Of a stretch of 64,000 nucleotides of DNA, positions 24,201 to 32,603 are shown one piece after another; position 1 is the stretch's first letter; every line of letters starts with the position of its first letter. The stretch comes from Gemmatimonadota bacterium (GTDB lineage: Bacteria; Gemmatimonadota; Gemmatimonadetes; Gemmatimonadales; Gemmatimonadaceae). The stretch is taken from positions 913 to 64,912 of the forward strand of contig JANLVC010000122.1 in the NCBI GenBank assembly GCA_031363815.1. The letters run 5' to 3'. Under the pieces are notes generated by a model. That model did not search any database and was not told the DNA's origin. It saw only the letters and a program-made list of their open reading frames with translations. The translations under genes and the position numbers were made by a program.

Positions 24201-24740
24201 GTGTGGGGCCGCGTGGTCAACGGGCAAATTCAGCTCGAACCGTCGTTCCGCGTGGAGGCTCCGGCCAGTGTGAGCGCCACGTCAGCGTCGCATCGCCTCG
24301 AACTGCTCGATGCCGACGGCAACACGCTGCTGGACACGTCGATTGAGGCCCAGCGAGTGGACCACGCCACCGCCTCCGACGAGCGGCAGTTTGCCACGGT
24401 CGTGCCGTGGAGCACCACCCTCGAGACGCGACTCGCCTCCATCCGGGTGCGCGACGCCCGATCCCCGTTGTCAGCCGTGGTACGTCGCAGCGCCCGGATG
24501 ACGGCGCCGGGCACCGGGGGCACGCCGGTCGCGCCGCAGCTGCAGGCCCAGGTCGATCGCACCGCCGACGGCCGCACGCGTATTACGTGGAACACCGCGG
24601 CGTATCCCATGGCGATGGTGCAGGACGCGTCAACCGGAGCCCTGATGGGCTTCGTGCGGCGATCGGGCGATGCCGTGGTGACCGGAGGCCGCGCCGTGGA
24701 CGTGGTGTATTCGGACGGGGTGCGCACGGTCAGGCCGTAA
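21258..24740 (+). CDS. large secreted lipoprotein: about 8-9 tandem beta-sandwich-like repeats followed by a metzincin-like zinc metalloprotease domain
   Basis: Lipobox MRRFSTRFARLCVLSLLSACVGG. A repeated module of about 80 aa recurs (GLPxGxxAxVxVxGPxG...TLxxLxPGxYxVxAxxVxxxGxxYxPxxxxQxVxV). The C-terminal domain has AAHEWGHNFSRNH (HExxHxxxxxH) and a downstream DVMGYCG Met-turn-like segment. Confidence 0.7.
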   Translation: MRRFSTRFARLCVLSLLSACVGGDSPAGPMPLPPPPTPAPIPPGVLSLVVAGLPTGTKADIAVVGAAFTRTATGTVSWVDVPAGQHTITVRPVRTADGTFSTTPATFTVTVVSGSTPATATITYGPLPTAIDLTITGAPSGVGAPVTVSAPGGGDIAVTASRLLTSANTGRWKVTSGTLLSGGFRYTPSPAAIDTLVLHGDTTRLAVRYEVSSGALAVALTGLPAGVAGAVHVTGPEGFSRALTATLTLTDLTPGGYRLIASAVSAGGITYRPAADTVNVAVRASLVAAPATMAYAAQVGRVVVTTSGLPADAAPTMTLTGNSVTRTLSGPATLDSLPVGTYALSAGLLAVAGVRYLPATATQNLAVATGNTTTIHVAFAVVPTVVEVPVSGLPNGTAANITLTSPSGDASPISATTRISPAASGRWRLNAASVTSGGASYLPSPISRDTTVTSGDTLRLSVQYTITTGSIAVVVGGLPGGAAGNVTVSGPGGYSQNVTATTTLTLLAPGSYSVSAANVSTSGTTYVPSPSSQAVTVVASLVAAPASVSYALATGAVTISTSGIPGSVTPTFTLTGTGSSRSATGAGTVTSLAAGNWTVAANTIVSGATTYTPSPSSQSVTITPNGTATASFAFTAVVAANYTITNVYFTQAIQKLDGTVTMVAGRDALLRVFVQANAANSARPDVRVRIYDGTTLLQTATITAPETSVRTAMVEGTLASTWNLLVAGANIRTTTRVLVDLDPTLAITDADRSDNTWPTNSTPQSMSVNTVPTFNVRFVPIVVGALTGNVSAGNKASFLSSVSRMFPLGAVSSDVRAPFTSSATELQSNDGNNQWLTVLSEINALRTTDGAPSTMHYYGVLNVSYTSGIAGYGYVPGRTAIGWDYLPSGDRVAAHEWGHNFSRNHAPCGTTGDTNYPYPGGVINYWGWNSLFNTLVSPTWTDVMGYCGNQWISDYNWAAVMQYRSASGGMSSPEAPGEGLLVWGRVVNGQIQLEPSFRVEAPASVSATSASHRLELLDADGNTLLDTSIEAQRVDHATASDERQFATVVPWSTTLETRLASIRVRDARSPLSAVVRRSARMTAPGTGGTPVAPQLQAQVDRTADGRTRITWNTAAYPMAMVQDASTGALMGFVRRSGDAVVTGGRAVDVVYSDGVRTVRP

Positions 24741-24764
24741 GCAGGTACATTTGTCCTTGCAGAA

Positions 24765-25913
24765 ATGACAATTAGCATGAATTTGTCACTCGGGAAAACG
24801 TCTTTTCTGCACCAGCGGCGCGCCGATCGCATGGCTGGCGGGCGCCCACGGGAGTCGCAGCTCATGCTGGGGCTCGAGGATGAGCGCCTCATCGGCATGA
24901 CGGCGCTCGACCTCGGGTGGGTCATTGAGGAGCATGCCCGGCAATTCCCAACCATACGCGCGGAGGGCCTCCTCTCCCTGTACCTCGACGAGATCCAAAT
25001 TGTCGACGGGTGGGAGTCACTCGTCCACCGCCTCGTGGAAGCAAAGAATGTCGAAGTGATCGTCTCGGGCTCCTCGGCGAAACTGCATCCCTTCTCCTTC
25101 CGCGAAGTCCTTCGCCACGCGAACGCCGAACCGGTGGCGCCGTGGCACAGTCTCAGCCCAGCAGAGCGAGCCGACCTCGACGCACGGCTCCGCGACTACC
25201 TGAAAACGGGTGGTTTCCCCGAAGCGCAAGGCACGGAGCTCCGCGACCGCGCCAGACTGCTCACGGGATATGTCGACACCATGGTCCTCCGCGACGTCAT
25301 CGAGCGTCACAAGGTGACGAACTCCACGGCGTTGCGAGCGCTACAACGGCACCTGCTCTCCACGCCGGGGGGGAGCTTCACCGTGCACAAGTTCTACAAC
25401 TTCCTGAGGTCACAGGGGGTGCCGATCGGAAAGGACACGCTCCACGCCTACCTTGACCACCTGCAAGACGCTTTCCTCGTTCGCGTGCTTGACATGCACA
25501 GCACATCGGAGAAGCAACGGATGGTGAACCCGCGCAAGGTCTATCCGGTCGACGCGGGACTCATCCCACTGTACGAGCAGCCCGGTCGGGAGCACCGGGG
25601 GGGCGCCCTCGAGACGGCAGTGCTGCTCGAACTGGAGCGACGCGAGTATTCCGTCGCTTGGCTACGAGTCGGCGACGACCGTGAGGTGGACTTCTTCGCG
25701 ACCAGGCCCGGCGAGCCGCCACTGTTGGTGCAGGTCTGCCTGGATACCTCGGACGACGCGACATGGGAGCGGGAGGTGCGGGCGCTCGAGGCGGCCGCAA
25801 CGAGCCACCCCTATGCCGTCGCCCTGCTCATCACGCAGGATCAATCCCCGCCGACGCGGCAGCTCCCCGGAATGCTGCAGTGGTATTCTGCGGCCCAGTG
25901 GTTGCTCGGGTAG
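24765..25913 (+). pseudogene. degraded AAA+ ATPase of the COG1373/DUF4143 type (N-terminal P-loop region truncated, probable internal deletion)
   Basis: Only LGKTSFL remains of the usual GxRxxGKTTL Walker A. The Walker B-like LYLDEIQ is present. SGSSAKL is followed immediately by HPFSFREVL, although family members normally carry about 20 more residues there. The C-terminal half looks intact (DUF4143-like). The first ~60 nt are conspicuously AT-rich compared with the surroundings. Confidence 0.6.
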
Positions 25914-25986
25914 CCACCCCCTGCGTTGACGCGGTTTCCGCTACGTTTCAACGGCTGTCCCTCGAACCCGTCTATCCCCGACTATC

Positions 25987-27390
25987 ATGGCTTTGTTCGA
26001 CGTCATCATTCTTGGCGGCGGTCCCGCCGGCTACGTCTGCGCCATTCGCTGTGCCCAGCTGGGCATGCAAGTGGCCGTTATCGAACGTGAAGCACTCGGC
26101 GGCACCTGCGTGCTGTGGGGCTGCATTCCGGCCAAGTCGCTGCTCGAGAGCGCCGGCCTCGCGCTGAAGCTCGGCAAGGCCGCCGAACACGGCATCACCA
26201 TCAACGGCATCACGCTCGACTTCGGTCCGGCGATGAAGCGTTCGCGCAGCATCAGCTCGCAGAACTCCAAAGGTGTGGAGTTCCTGTTGAAGAAATACAA
26301 GGTGCAGTGGATCCGCGGTGAGGGCGTTCTTGAGAAGGGCCGGAAGGTGATCGTTGCCGGCGCCGACGGAAAGAAGGAAACGCACGAGGCCAAGAAGGCC
26401 GTGGTGATCGCCACCGGCTCACGCGTGAAGGGGTTGCCGCAGGCCGGCCTCGCACTCGACAAAAACGTGGTGCTCTCCAGTGACGACGTGCTGGTCGCCG
26501 AAAAGGCACCGGCGTCGATGGTCATCGTTGGCGCCGGAGCCGTGGGCGTGGAGTTCGCCGATGTGTTTGCCGCCTTCGGCACGAAGGTCACGATGGTTGA
26601 AGTCGCCCCCACGATTCTTCCCATCGAAGACGCCGACTGCAGCGCTGAGCTGGCGAAGGCATTCAAGAAGCGGAAGATCGAGGTGCTTACCGGTGCCAAG
26701 ATCACCAGCACGAAGGTGACGGCAACGGGCGCCACGCTGGTCGTCGAAGCGGGCGGCACCACGCACACGCTGGAAGTGGAGAAGGTGCTGGTGGCGGCCG
26801 GTCGTGCGCCGAACGTGGAGAAGATCGGCCTTGAAACGGTCGGTGTGGCGAAGTCCGAGCGCGGCTTCGTGAAGATCAACGAGAAGTTCGAGACCAGCGT
26901 GCCGGGCTACTACGCGATCGGTGATGTCGCCGGCAATCAGATGTTGGCGCATAAGGGATCACGCGAAGGCCACGTGCTGGCCGACCTGCTGGGCGGGGAA
27001 CATCCGCACCTCGTGAACTACGGCAACATTCCGAGCTGCACCTACTGCCACCCTGAAGTCGCCAGCATCGGCCTCACCGAGCAGGCCTGCAAGGACCAGA
27101 AGCTCGATTACAAGGTGGGCAAGTTCCCGTTTTCGGCGAATGGCCGCGCCCGCACCAGCGGTGAGACGGATGGCTTCGTGAAGATCATTCGCGATGCGAA
27201 ATACGGAGAAATCCTTGGTGCGCATATCGTGGGTGCCCATGCCACCGAGCTCATTCACGAGCTCGTCGTCGCCCGCGAAAACGAGTTCACGGTCGAAGAG
27301 ATCGACCTCGCGATCCACGCCCATCCCACGCTCAGCGAAGCGATCGGTGAGGCCGTGCTCGACTCGATGGGCAAGATGCTGCACGCGTAG
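25987..27390 (+). CDS. lpdA: dihydrolipoyl dehydrogenase (E3)
   Basis: FAD motif DVIILGGGPAGY, redox-active disulfide GGTCVLWGCIPAK, NAD motif IVGAGAVGVEFA, and C-terminal HAHPTLSE. Confidence 0.95.
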   Translation: MALFDVIILGGGPAGYVCAIRCAQLGMQVAVIEREALGGTCVLWGCIPAKSLLESAGLALKLGKAAEHGITINGITLDFGPAMKRSRSISSQNSKGVEFLLKKYKVQWIRGEGVLEKGRKVIVAGADGKKETHEAKKAVVIATGSRVKGLPQAGLALDKNVVLSSDDVLVAEKAPASMVIVGAGAVGVEFADVFAAFGTKVTMVEVAPTILPIEDADCSAELAKAFKKRKIEVLTGAKITSTKVTATGATLVVEAGGTTHTLEVEKVLVAAGRAPNVEKIGLETVGVAKSERGFVKINEKFETSVPGYYAIGDVAGNQMLAHKGSREGHVLADLLGGEHPHLVNYGNIPSCTYCHPEVASIGLTEQACKDQKLDYKVGKFPFSANGRARTSGETDGFVKIIRDAKYGEILGAHIVGAHATELIHELVVARENEFTVEEIDLAIHAHPTLSEAIGEAVLDSMGKMLHA

Positions 27391-27405
27391 TCTGAGAACT
27401 GCCTC

Positions 27406-27745
27406 CTCCATCCTTGAAAACCCAAAACCCAGTACCCAGTACCCAGAACCTCAAGCCAACAGCCCAGAGCGCTGGGGGTTGTGGGCTATTGGGCTTGGGG
27501 TAATGGGTACTGGGTGGTGGGTTCTGGGGAATGGTCGGGGGCAGTCAGCGACGAGGGAGTGAGATCCGCCCTCTCCCCCATCCTTGAATACCCAAAACCC
27601 AGTACCCATTACCCAGTACCTCAAGCCAACAGCCCAGAGCGCTGGGGGTTGTGGGCTATTGGGCTTGGGGTAATGGGTCATGGGTGGTGGGTTCTGGGTA
27701 ATGAGGAATGGAGTAGGGAGTACTCCCTTCTCCATCCTCCCTCCC
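27406..27745 (+). repeat. two tandem ~170-bp units, each a long imperfect palindrome with a C-tract arm and a G-tract arm
   Basis: Unit 1 is ~27406-27575 and unit 2 is ~27576-27745. The ~127-nt core (ccatccttgaaNacccaaaacccagtaccca...cccagagcgctggg...gggttctggg) differs at about 6 positions by manual alignment. The centre of symmetry is CCCAGAGCGCTGGG. Confidence 0.9.
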
Positions 27746-27758
27746 CCTTACTGTTGTT

Positions 27759-28460
27759 ATGCAATTGTACATGCTCGACCTCGGCCTCACCCCGTACGAC
27801 ACGGCATGGGCGCTCCAAAAGCGCGCCGCGGCGGCGCGGATCAGTGGCGCGCTCGATCAGGATCTTTTGATTCTGGTGCAGCACCCGCCGGTGGTCACGC
27901 TGGGGCGCAGCACGAAGCCCGGGAATCTGTTGGTGACGCCGGCATATCTCGCGTCACGCGGCGTGGAATTGCGGGATGTCGAGCGCGGCGGCGATGTCAC
28001 CATCCATGAGCCGGGCCAGCTTGTGGCGTATCCCATCGTGGATCTCAAGCGCCATAAGCAGGACCTGCACTGGTATCTGCGTCAGGTCGAGGAGGCGGTG
28101 ATGACGGCGCTCCGCACGTTCGGTCTCGAGACCAGTCGCGTGGCGGGCCTTACGGGCGTCTGGCGCGAAGACGCCGCCGGCAAACGGAAGCTGGCCAGCA
28201 TTGGCGTCCATGCGCGTGACTGGGTCACCTGGCATGGCGTGGCTTTGAACGTGGAAAACGATCTCTCCACCTTCGATCACGTGGTGCCCTGCGGAATCGG
28301 TGAGGTGCAGATGAGCACCGTGGTGCGCGAATGCGCAGCGGCCGGCGTGCGCGTGCCGTCGTTCGGCGAGGTGTCCGCATCGCTCGTGGAAGGGGTGGCA
28401 TCGGTGTTGGGGCTCACGCCTCGCCGCGTGACATTACAGGATATCGACTTGATGCTTTGA
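27759..28460 (+). CDS. lipB: lipoyl(octanoyl) transferase
   Basis: LGLTPYDTAWALQKR...LLILVQHPPVVTLGRSTK...RGGDVTIHEPGQLVAYPI...KLASIGVHARDWVTWHGVALNV...VPCGI contains the LipB catalytic Lys and Cys contexts. Confidence 0.9.
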   Translation: MQLYMLDLGLTPYDTAWALQKRAAAARISGALDQDLLILVQHPPVVTLGRSTKPGNLLVTPAYLASRGVELRDVERGGDVTIHEPGQLVAYPIVDLKRHKQDLHWYLRQVEEAVMTALRTFGLETSRVAGLTGVWREDAAGKRKLASIGVHARDWVTWHGVALNVENDLSTFDHVVPCGIGEVQMSTVVRECAAAGVRVPSFGEVSASLVEGVASVLGLTPRRVTLQDIDLML

Positions 28461-28495
28461 GGGCGGCCGGCACCGAACACCAGCGCCAGGATGGG

Positions 28496-28534
28496 CAAAC
28501 GCGGGCCACTCTCGAAGAGAGCGGCCCGCGTTTG
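28496..28534. terminator. near-perfect hairpin between convergent lipB and a lipoprotein gene (bidirectional terminator candidate)
   Basis: caaacgcgggcc (28496-28507) pairs with ggcccgcgtttg (28523-28534). There is an inner ctctc/gagag stem. Confidence 0.55.
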
Positions 28535-28562
28535 GTGTGAAACTGGGCGTACGTGCCGCGCT

Positions 28563-29015
28563 TTACTTACCGGCCGACTGCGCTTTGCTGATGGAGTCGA
28601 GGCGCTCACGGCCGCGAATGGCGTTGGGAATACCCGCCTTCGCGGCGAATTCCTCATAAAAGCTCCATCCGCCGCCCTGAAACTTGCCGTCCTTCAACAC
28701 CACGGGCGTTTCCGTGAGTTTCGCGATGGCCTCTTCGAGCGTGCCCGGCTCCTCGCGGTACCAGATCACGTCGACCTTGCCGCCGCCGGCAATGTAGCTC
28801 TGCCGACGGAATCCGCCGATGAGCCGCAAGGAGTCAGCCGGCAACTCCGCCTTTAACGGTCCCTCGCCCAGCTCGGCGATGACCTGCTCGACGGTGCCTT
28901 CCTTGGGGATCTTCTTGATCTTGGCCGCACCGAGGTCGGAGCTGCAGGCAGCCAGTGACGCGAGTACGAAAGTGACAAGCGCGAGACGCGCTGTTTTGAC
29001 AAAGCGAGTGTGCAT
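28563..29015 (-). CDS. hypothetical lipoprotein (about 150 aa)
   Basis: The start was chosen at MHTRFVKTARLALVTFVLASLAACSS (lipobox LAAC). No recognisable domain. Confidence 0.55.
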   Translation of the reverse strand: MHTRFVKTARLALVTFVLASLAACSSDLGAAKIKKIPKEGTVEQVIAELGEGPLKAELPADSLRLIGGFRRQSYIAGGGKVDVIWYREEPGTLEEAIAKLTETPVVLKDGKFQGGGWSFYEEFAAKAGIPNAIRGRERLDSISKAQSAGK

Positions 29016-29068
29016 GGCGTGACGAAAGGGTAAGTCGGAGAATACGTCGAAGCACCGGAAACGCAAAT

Positions 29069-29096
29069 GGGGGGGAGGCCCGAAGGCCTCCCCCCC
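29069..29096 (-). terminator. strong GC hairpin downstream of the 1161-aa surface-protein gene
   Basis: gggggggaggcc cgaa ggcctccccccc: a perfect 12-bp stem with a 4-nt loop, 22 nt past the stop at 29118. Confidence 0.7.
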
Positions 29097-29117
29097 ACCG
29101 TCATGCGATCGAGCGAA

Positions 29118-32100
29118 TTACGGAGCGATCGTCGAGGAGACGGTCGCCGTGTTCGTCGAGAGCGCACGACCCTTCGTGCCGTTCGTGGCAACCGCGATGA
29201 TGCGGCGACCATTGGCGGCGCCGATCACGGCCGGCGTGTTCAGGCTGTTAAGCCCGTTCACCGGCTGCGTGAGGCGGTACGTCCACACACGGGTCGCACC
29301 GTTGTCGGCGATGTACACCGGGCCCGCGCCAGCCGGCGACGTGCTCGGAGCCGACGCACCGTCGACGGATCCCATGAACTGCCAGTTGCCAGCGAGGTAC
29401 TCGTAGAAGTCCACGCGAGTGAACGGCGAGTTGATCTGCTGAGAAGCGGCGGTCACGATGGCCTTGAAGCCATTCGCCGGCGCGTTCCACGCCGTCGCAT
29501 TTCCACCGACCACGAAGCTGACGATGTTCGAGTTGAACGTCGACCAGGTCTGCGTGTCGTTTGCAACGTTGCCACTGAGAAGCGCCACACCGGTGTTCGC
29601 CCCACCCGTGTTGTAGAAGCCGGTGCTCAGACCAGCGGCGTTCACGACGCGAGCGGACACCGAGTCCGGACGATTGTTGCTCGCCACGAACAGGTTGCCA
29701 GACGTGGTGGTCTGCTCGATGTTCGTGTAGTAATTCGCGCCAGACGTGAACGGCGTACCGACCGTGAGGTTACCGTTCAGGCCGATCGAGTTGTCGAAGC
29801 GGGCGTTGAACAGCGTGGCCGGGAAGATCAGCTGAGCGTCAACCAGGCCCGTCGTGTCCGTAAGCAAAGAATACGAAGCGCGGAAGTTGGTGAAGTGCGG
29901 CTCAACCAGTCCCGTGACATTCGGCGTGAACACGTTCGGACCAGCAGCCGTAACCGTACCCGGGAGACCGAGGCCGGTGATCGTCGGCAGCGTCACGCTG
30001 TGCAGCACGCGACGGATGCCCGTGAAGCTGCTGTTACCAGCGCGGTCGATGACCGACGCGCGGTAGGTATAGTAGGCTTCGGTTGCAATCGTAGAGCCGA
30101 GCACGCGGGTGATCGGACGGTAGCCGTCGGACATCGCCGTGCCGAGGAACGCACCAGCCATGGTGCAGTTCGGGGCGGTGATGAACGCCGATCCGATACC
30201 ACCGAGGAGCGTCGTAAACGCCGTGCCAATCACACACGAGCCCGTGGGCGAAGCCTGGTTCGCACGCGCCAGATAGTGCTCGGCGGTGTTCAGGCCCGAG
30301 CGCTCGTCGAGCGCTTCCGCGCCGAAGATCGTGTCGGAAGAGAACGGGGCCGCAACGAACGACGTGCCGGTGAAGAGCGACTGATTCGGCGGTCCACCAG
30401 CGACGGTCGTGTACGTCGTCGTGTCGAGCGCTGAACCCGGACCCTGACCCGGCGTCGCCGGGACCGGAGACGTGCCGCCGATGGAGGCGGCCGAGTAACG
30501 GATGGCCGGGGCAATGTTGTCGATGGCGAACTGCGCCGTCGTCGTCGTGCCCGTGTTGCCGAGCTGGTCGTTACCGGTGCCCGTGACCGTGTACACAAGG
30601 TTCGTGAAGTTGGTCGCGCACTCCGCAATGCCGGCCGCCGTGGTCGGGCTGAGAACAACCGCCGTCGCGCCGCAACCGGTGTACGTCCACGCGTTCGCCA
30701 GCGTACCCGTGCTCGTGCCGACGCCCGCGTCCGTGGTGGTCGTGTTGGCCGAGAAACTGAACGGCGACGCAATCACGCCCGAGAACCACGCGCCGCTCGC
30801 GACGCCAGCGATGACGACGGTCGGGTTGGCGTAGTCAAGACGGATGGCGGTCGGACGCGGAACGGTGATCGACGAACGGTAGCCCGTCGTCGCGCCCACC
30901 GTCGGCGCCCCGTTGTTGCTGTTGTCCTGTGCCGAGGCAACGCGCGGGAAATCGCTCGCGTTGCTCTGGCCATGCTCGTAACCCGAGCAGTTGATCGTGT
31001 ACAGCGTCGCGCTCTTGCCGTAGGTGGTCGCAGCCGTTGCCGAGTAGGGAACGGTCGAGCCACAGTTCGACAGGTTCACCGAGGCCGACTGCACCGTACG
31101 TCCAGCGGTGAAGAACACCGGGACGTAGCGGATCGAGCCAGCGCCGGAGGCGCTCGGGCCACCGTAGTAGTTGAACGCAACGCCCGAAACCGTACGAGTC
31201 GCGGCGGCGGTCGGGTTCGTGAACTGAACCGCCCAACCGTCAACGTTCGTGAAGTTCAGGATGCTGTTGTTGTTCGTCGCCGCAAAGTTCTCGGCGCCAG
31301 CAGCCGTACGGACCGACGCCCGGATGACGTGCAGGCCGTTCGCGTACTTGATCGTCGACGCGCCGGAAACAAAATCGGCAGTGAAGTCGGCGGTGTTGAT
31401 GGAAAGCTGGACGATGCCTTCGTTCGCCGCATTGCCCGTGTACGTCTGCTCAGCCGCCGGCGTGCCACAGTTGGCGCCCACCGCGTCACACACGTAAACA
31501 CGGACCGCGCTCACCGCCTGGCCGTTCGGCTGGAGGTTGAGCGAGACCTGGATCTGATCGCGCGTGCTGTTGATATCAACCGGCTGGTTGACCTGGGCGT
31601 TTGCCGTGTCGGCAATGCCAATGTTGGCCGGACCACCCAACGTGACGCGCGGACCCTGCGTCACGGTAGCGATCGTCACGTTCGCCGGAGCGGCGACCGT
31701 CACGGCAACCGACGACGACAGCGAGGACGCGGCGAAGTTCGTGTTGGCAGCCGAGGCGGCCGTCACGGTGATGATGGCCGTACCCGGCGCATTGGCCGTT
31801 ACGACACCAGCGGCCGAGACCGACGCCACCGTCGCCGAAGACGACGAATACGTGATCGTGGCTGCCGGCGCGCCCGAGGGCTGCGTTACGTTGGCGCCGA
31901 TCTGCGCCGTGTTACCGATCGCAAGCGCCAATGCCGCCGGCGTCACGTTCAGCGTGGCAATGCCGGTCGGGAGCGCAGTCACCGTGACCGCAACCGCCTG
32001 GCTGATCGACGTGCCGCCCGACGTGGCGGTCACCGTGATCGTGGCAACACCCGGCGCAACCGCCGTCACAACACCAGCCGTCGAGACCGACGCGGTCGTC

Positions 32101-32603
32101 GCGGACGACGTGGCGTAGGTGTACGTGGCCGTGCGGCCAGCGGGCTGAACGCTCGGAGACAGCGTGAGCGTCTGGTTTACCTGAAGCGACGCCGCAGACG
32201 GCGTTACCGTGAGGCCCGTGATCGCCGGAGCGACCGTGACGGACGCCGCGGCCGACTGGCCCGTGGAGGCCGTTGCCGTGACCGTCGCGTTACCGGCGGT
32301 AACCGCGTTCACGCGGCAGGACGGGCCAGAAGTGGCGGTGGCCGGAACAACGGTCGCCACAATAATGGTCGAGCTCGAGGTGCAGCTGGCGAGCGTCGGG
32401 CCGCCCGTGGACGGGCCGCCCGAGATCTGTACGGCAAAGTTCACCGCTTCGCCAACGTTCATGCTGGCAGAAGGCGGCGTGATGGACAGCGTGATCGGCG
32501 CGTTCGGTGCGAGAGGCACCGTAACGTCATCGCCGCAAGCACCCAGCGCCAAGGCGCCAAGGCTCAGGGCAACGATCGCCTTGTTCCGAGAAAAGAGTTG
32601 CAT
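29118..32603 (-). CDS. large cell-surface lipoprotein with N-terminal bacterial Ig-like (Big_2-type) domains
   Basis: Lipobox MQLFSRNKAIVALSLGALALGACGDD. About four repeats of the Big_2 pattern follow (LTVTPSAASLQVNQTLTLSPSV...ATYTYATSSATTASVSTAGVVTAVAPGVATITVTA). The next ~800 aa are T/S/N/G/A-rich, presumably beta-rich, with no catalytic motif I recognise. Confidence 0.7.
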   Translation of the reverse strand: MQLFSRNKAIVALSLGALALGACGDDVTVPLAPNAPITLSITPPSASMNVGEAVNFAVQISGGPSTGGPTLASCTSSSTIIVATVVPATATSGPSCRVNAVTAGNATVTATASTGQSAAASVTVAPAITGLTVTPSAASLQVNQTLTLSPSVQPAGRTATYTYATSSATTASVSTAGVVTAVAPGVATITVTATSGGTSISQAVAVTVTALPTGIATLNVTPAALALAIGNTAQIGANVTQPSGAPAATITYSSSSATVASVSAAGVVTANAPGTAIITVTAASAANTNFAASSLSSSVAVTVAAPANVTIATVTQGPRVTLGGPANIGIADTANAQVNQPVDINSTRDQIQVSLNLQPNGQAVSAVRVYVCDAVGANCGTPAAEQTYTGNAANEGIVQLSINTADFTADFVSGASTIKYANGLHVIRASVRTAAGAENFAATNNNSILNFTNVDGWAVQFTNPTAAATRTVSGVAFNYYGGPSASGAGSIRYVPVFFTAGRTVQSASVNLSNCGSTVPYSATAATTYGKSATLYTINCSGYEHGQSNASDFPRVASAQDNSNNGAPTVGATTGYRSSITVPRPTAIRLDYANPTVVIAGVASGAWFSGVIASPFSFSANTTTTDAGVGTSTGTLANAWTYTGCGATAVVLSPTTAAGIAECATNFTNLVYTVTGTGNDQLGNTGTTTTAQFAIDNIAPAIRYSAASIGGTSPVPATPGQGPGSALDTTTYTTVAGGPPNQSLFTGTSFVAAPFSSDTIFGAEALDERSGLNTAEHYLARANQASPTGSCVIGTAFTTLLGGIGSAFITAPNCTMAGAFLGTAMSDGYRPITRVLGSTIATEAYYTYRASVIDRAGNSSFTGIRRVLHSVTLPTITGLGLPGTVTAAGPNVFTPNVTGLVEPHFTNFRASYSLLTDTTGLVDAQLIFPATLFNARFDNSIGLNGNLTVGTPFTSGANYYTNIEQTTTSGNLFVASNNRPDSVSARVVNAAGLSTGFYNTGGANTGVALLSGNVANDTQTWSTFNSNIVSFVVGGNATAWNAPANGFKAIVTAASQQINSPFTRVDFYEYLAGNWQFMGSVDGASAPSTSPAGAGPVYIADNGATRVWTYRLTQPVNGLNSLNTPAVIGAANGRRIIAVATNGTKGRALSTNTATVSSTIAP

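Noticed and set aside
27406-27745. CRISPR array, or Trp/Gly-rich small proteins (track ORFs 27481..27870, 27451..27735, 27194..27562) in the 170-bp repeats
   Set aside because: There are only two units, the unit is far longer than CRISPR repeats, there is no repeat-spacer alternation and there are no cas genes. The ORFs are by-products of GGG/CCC runs and are not consistent between the two copies.
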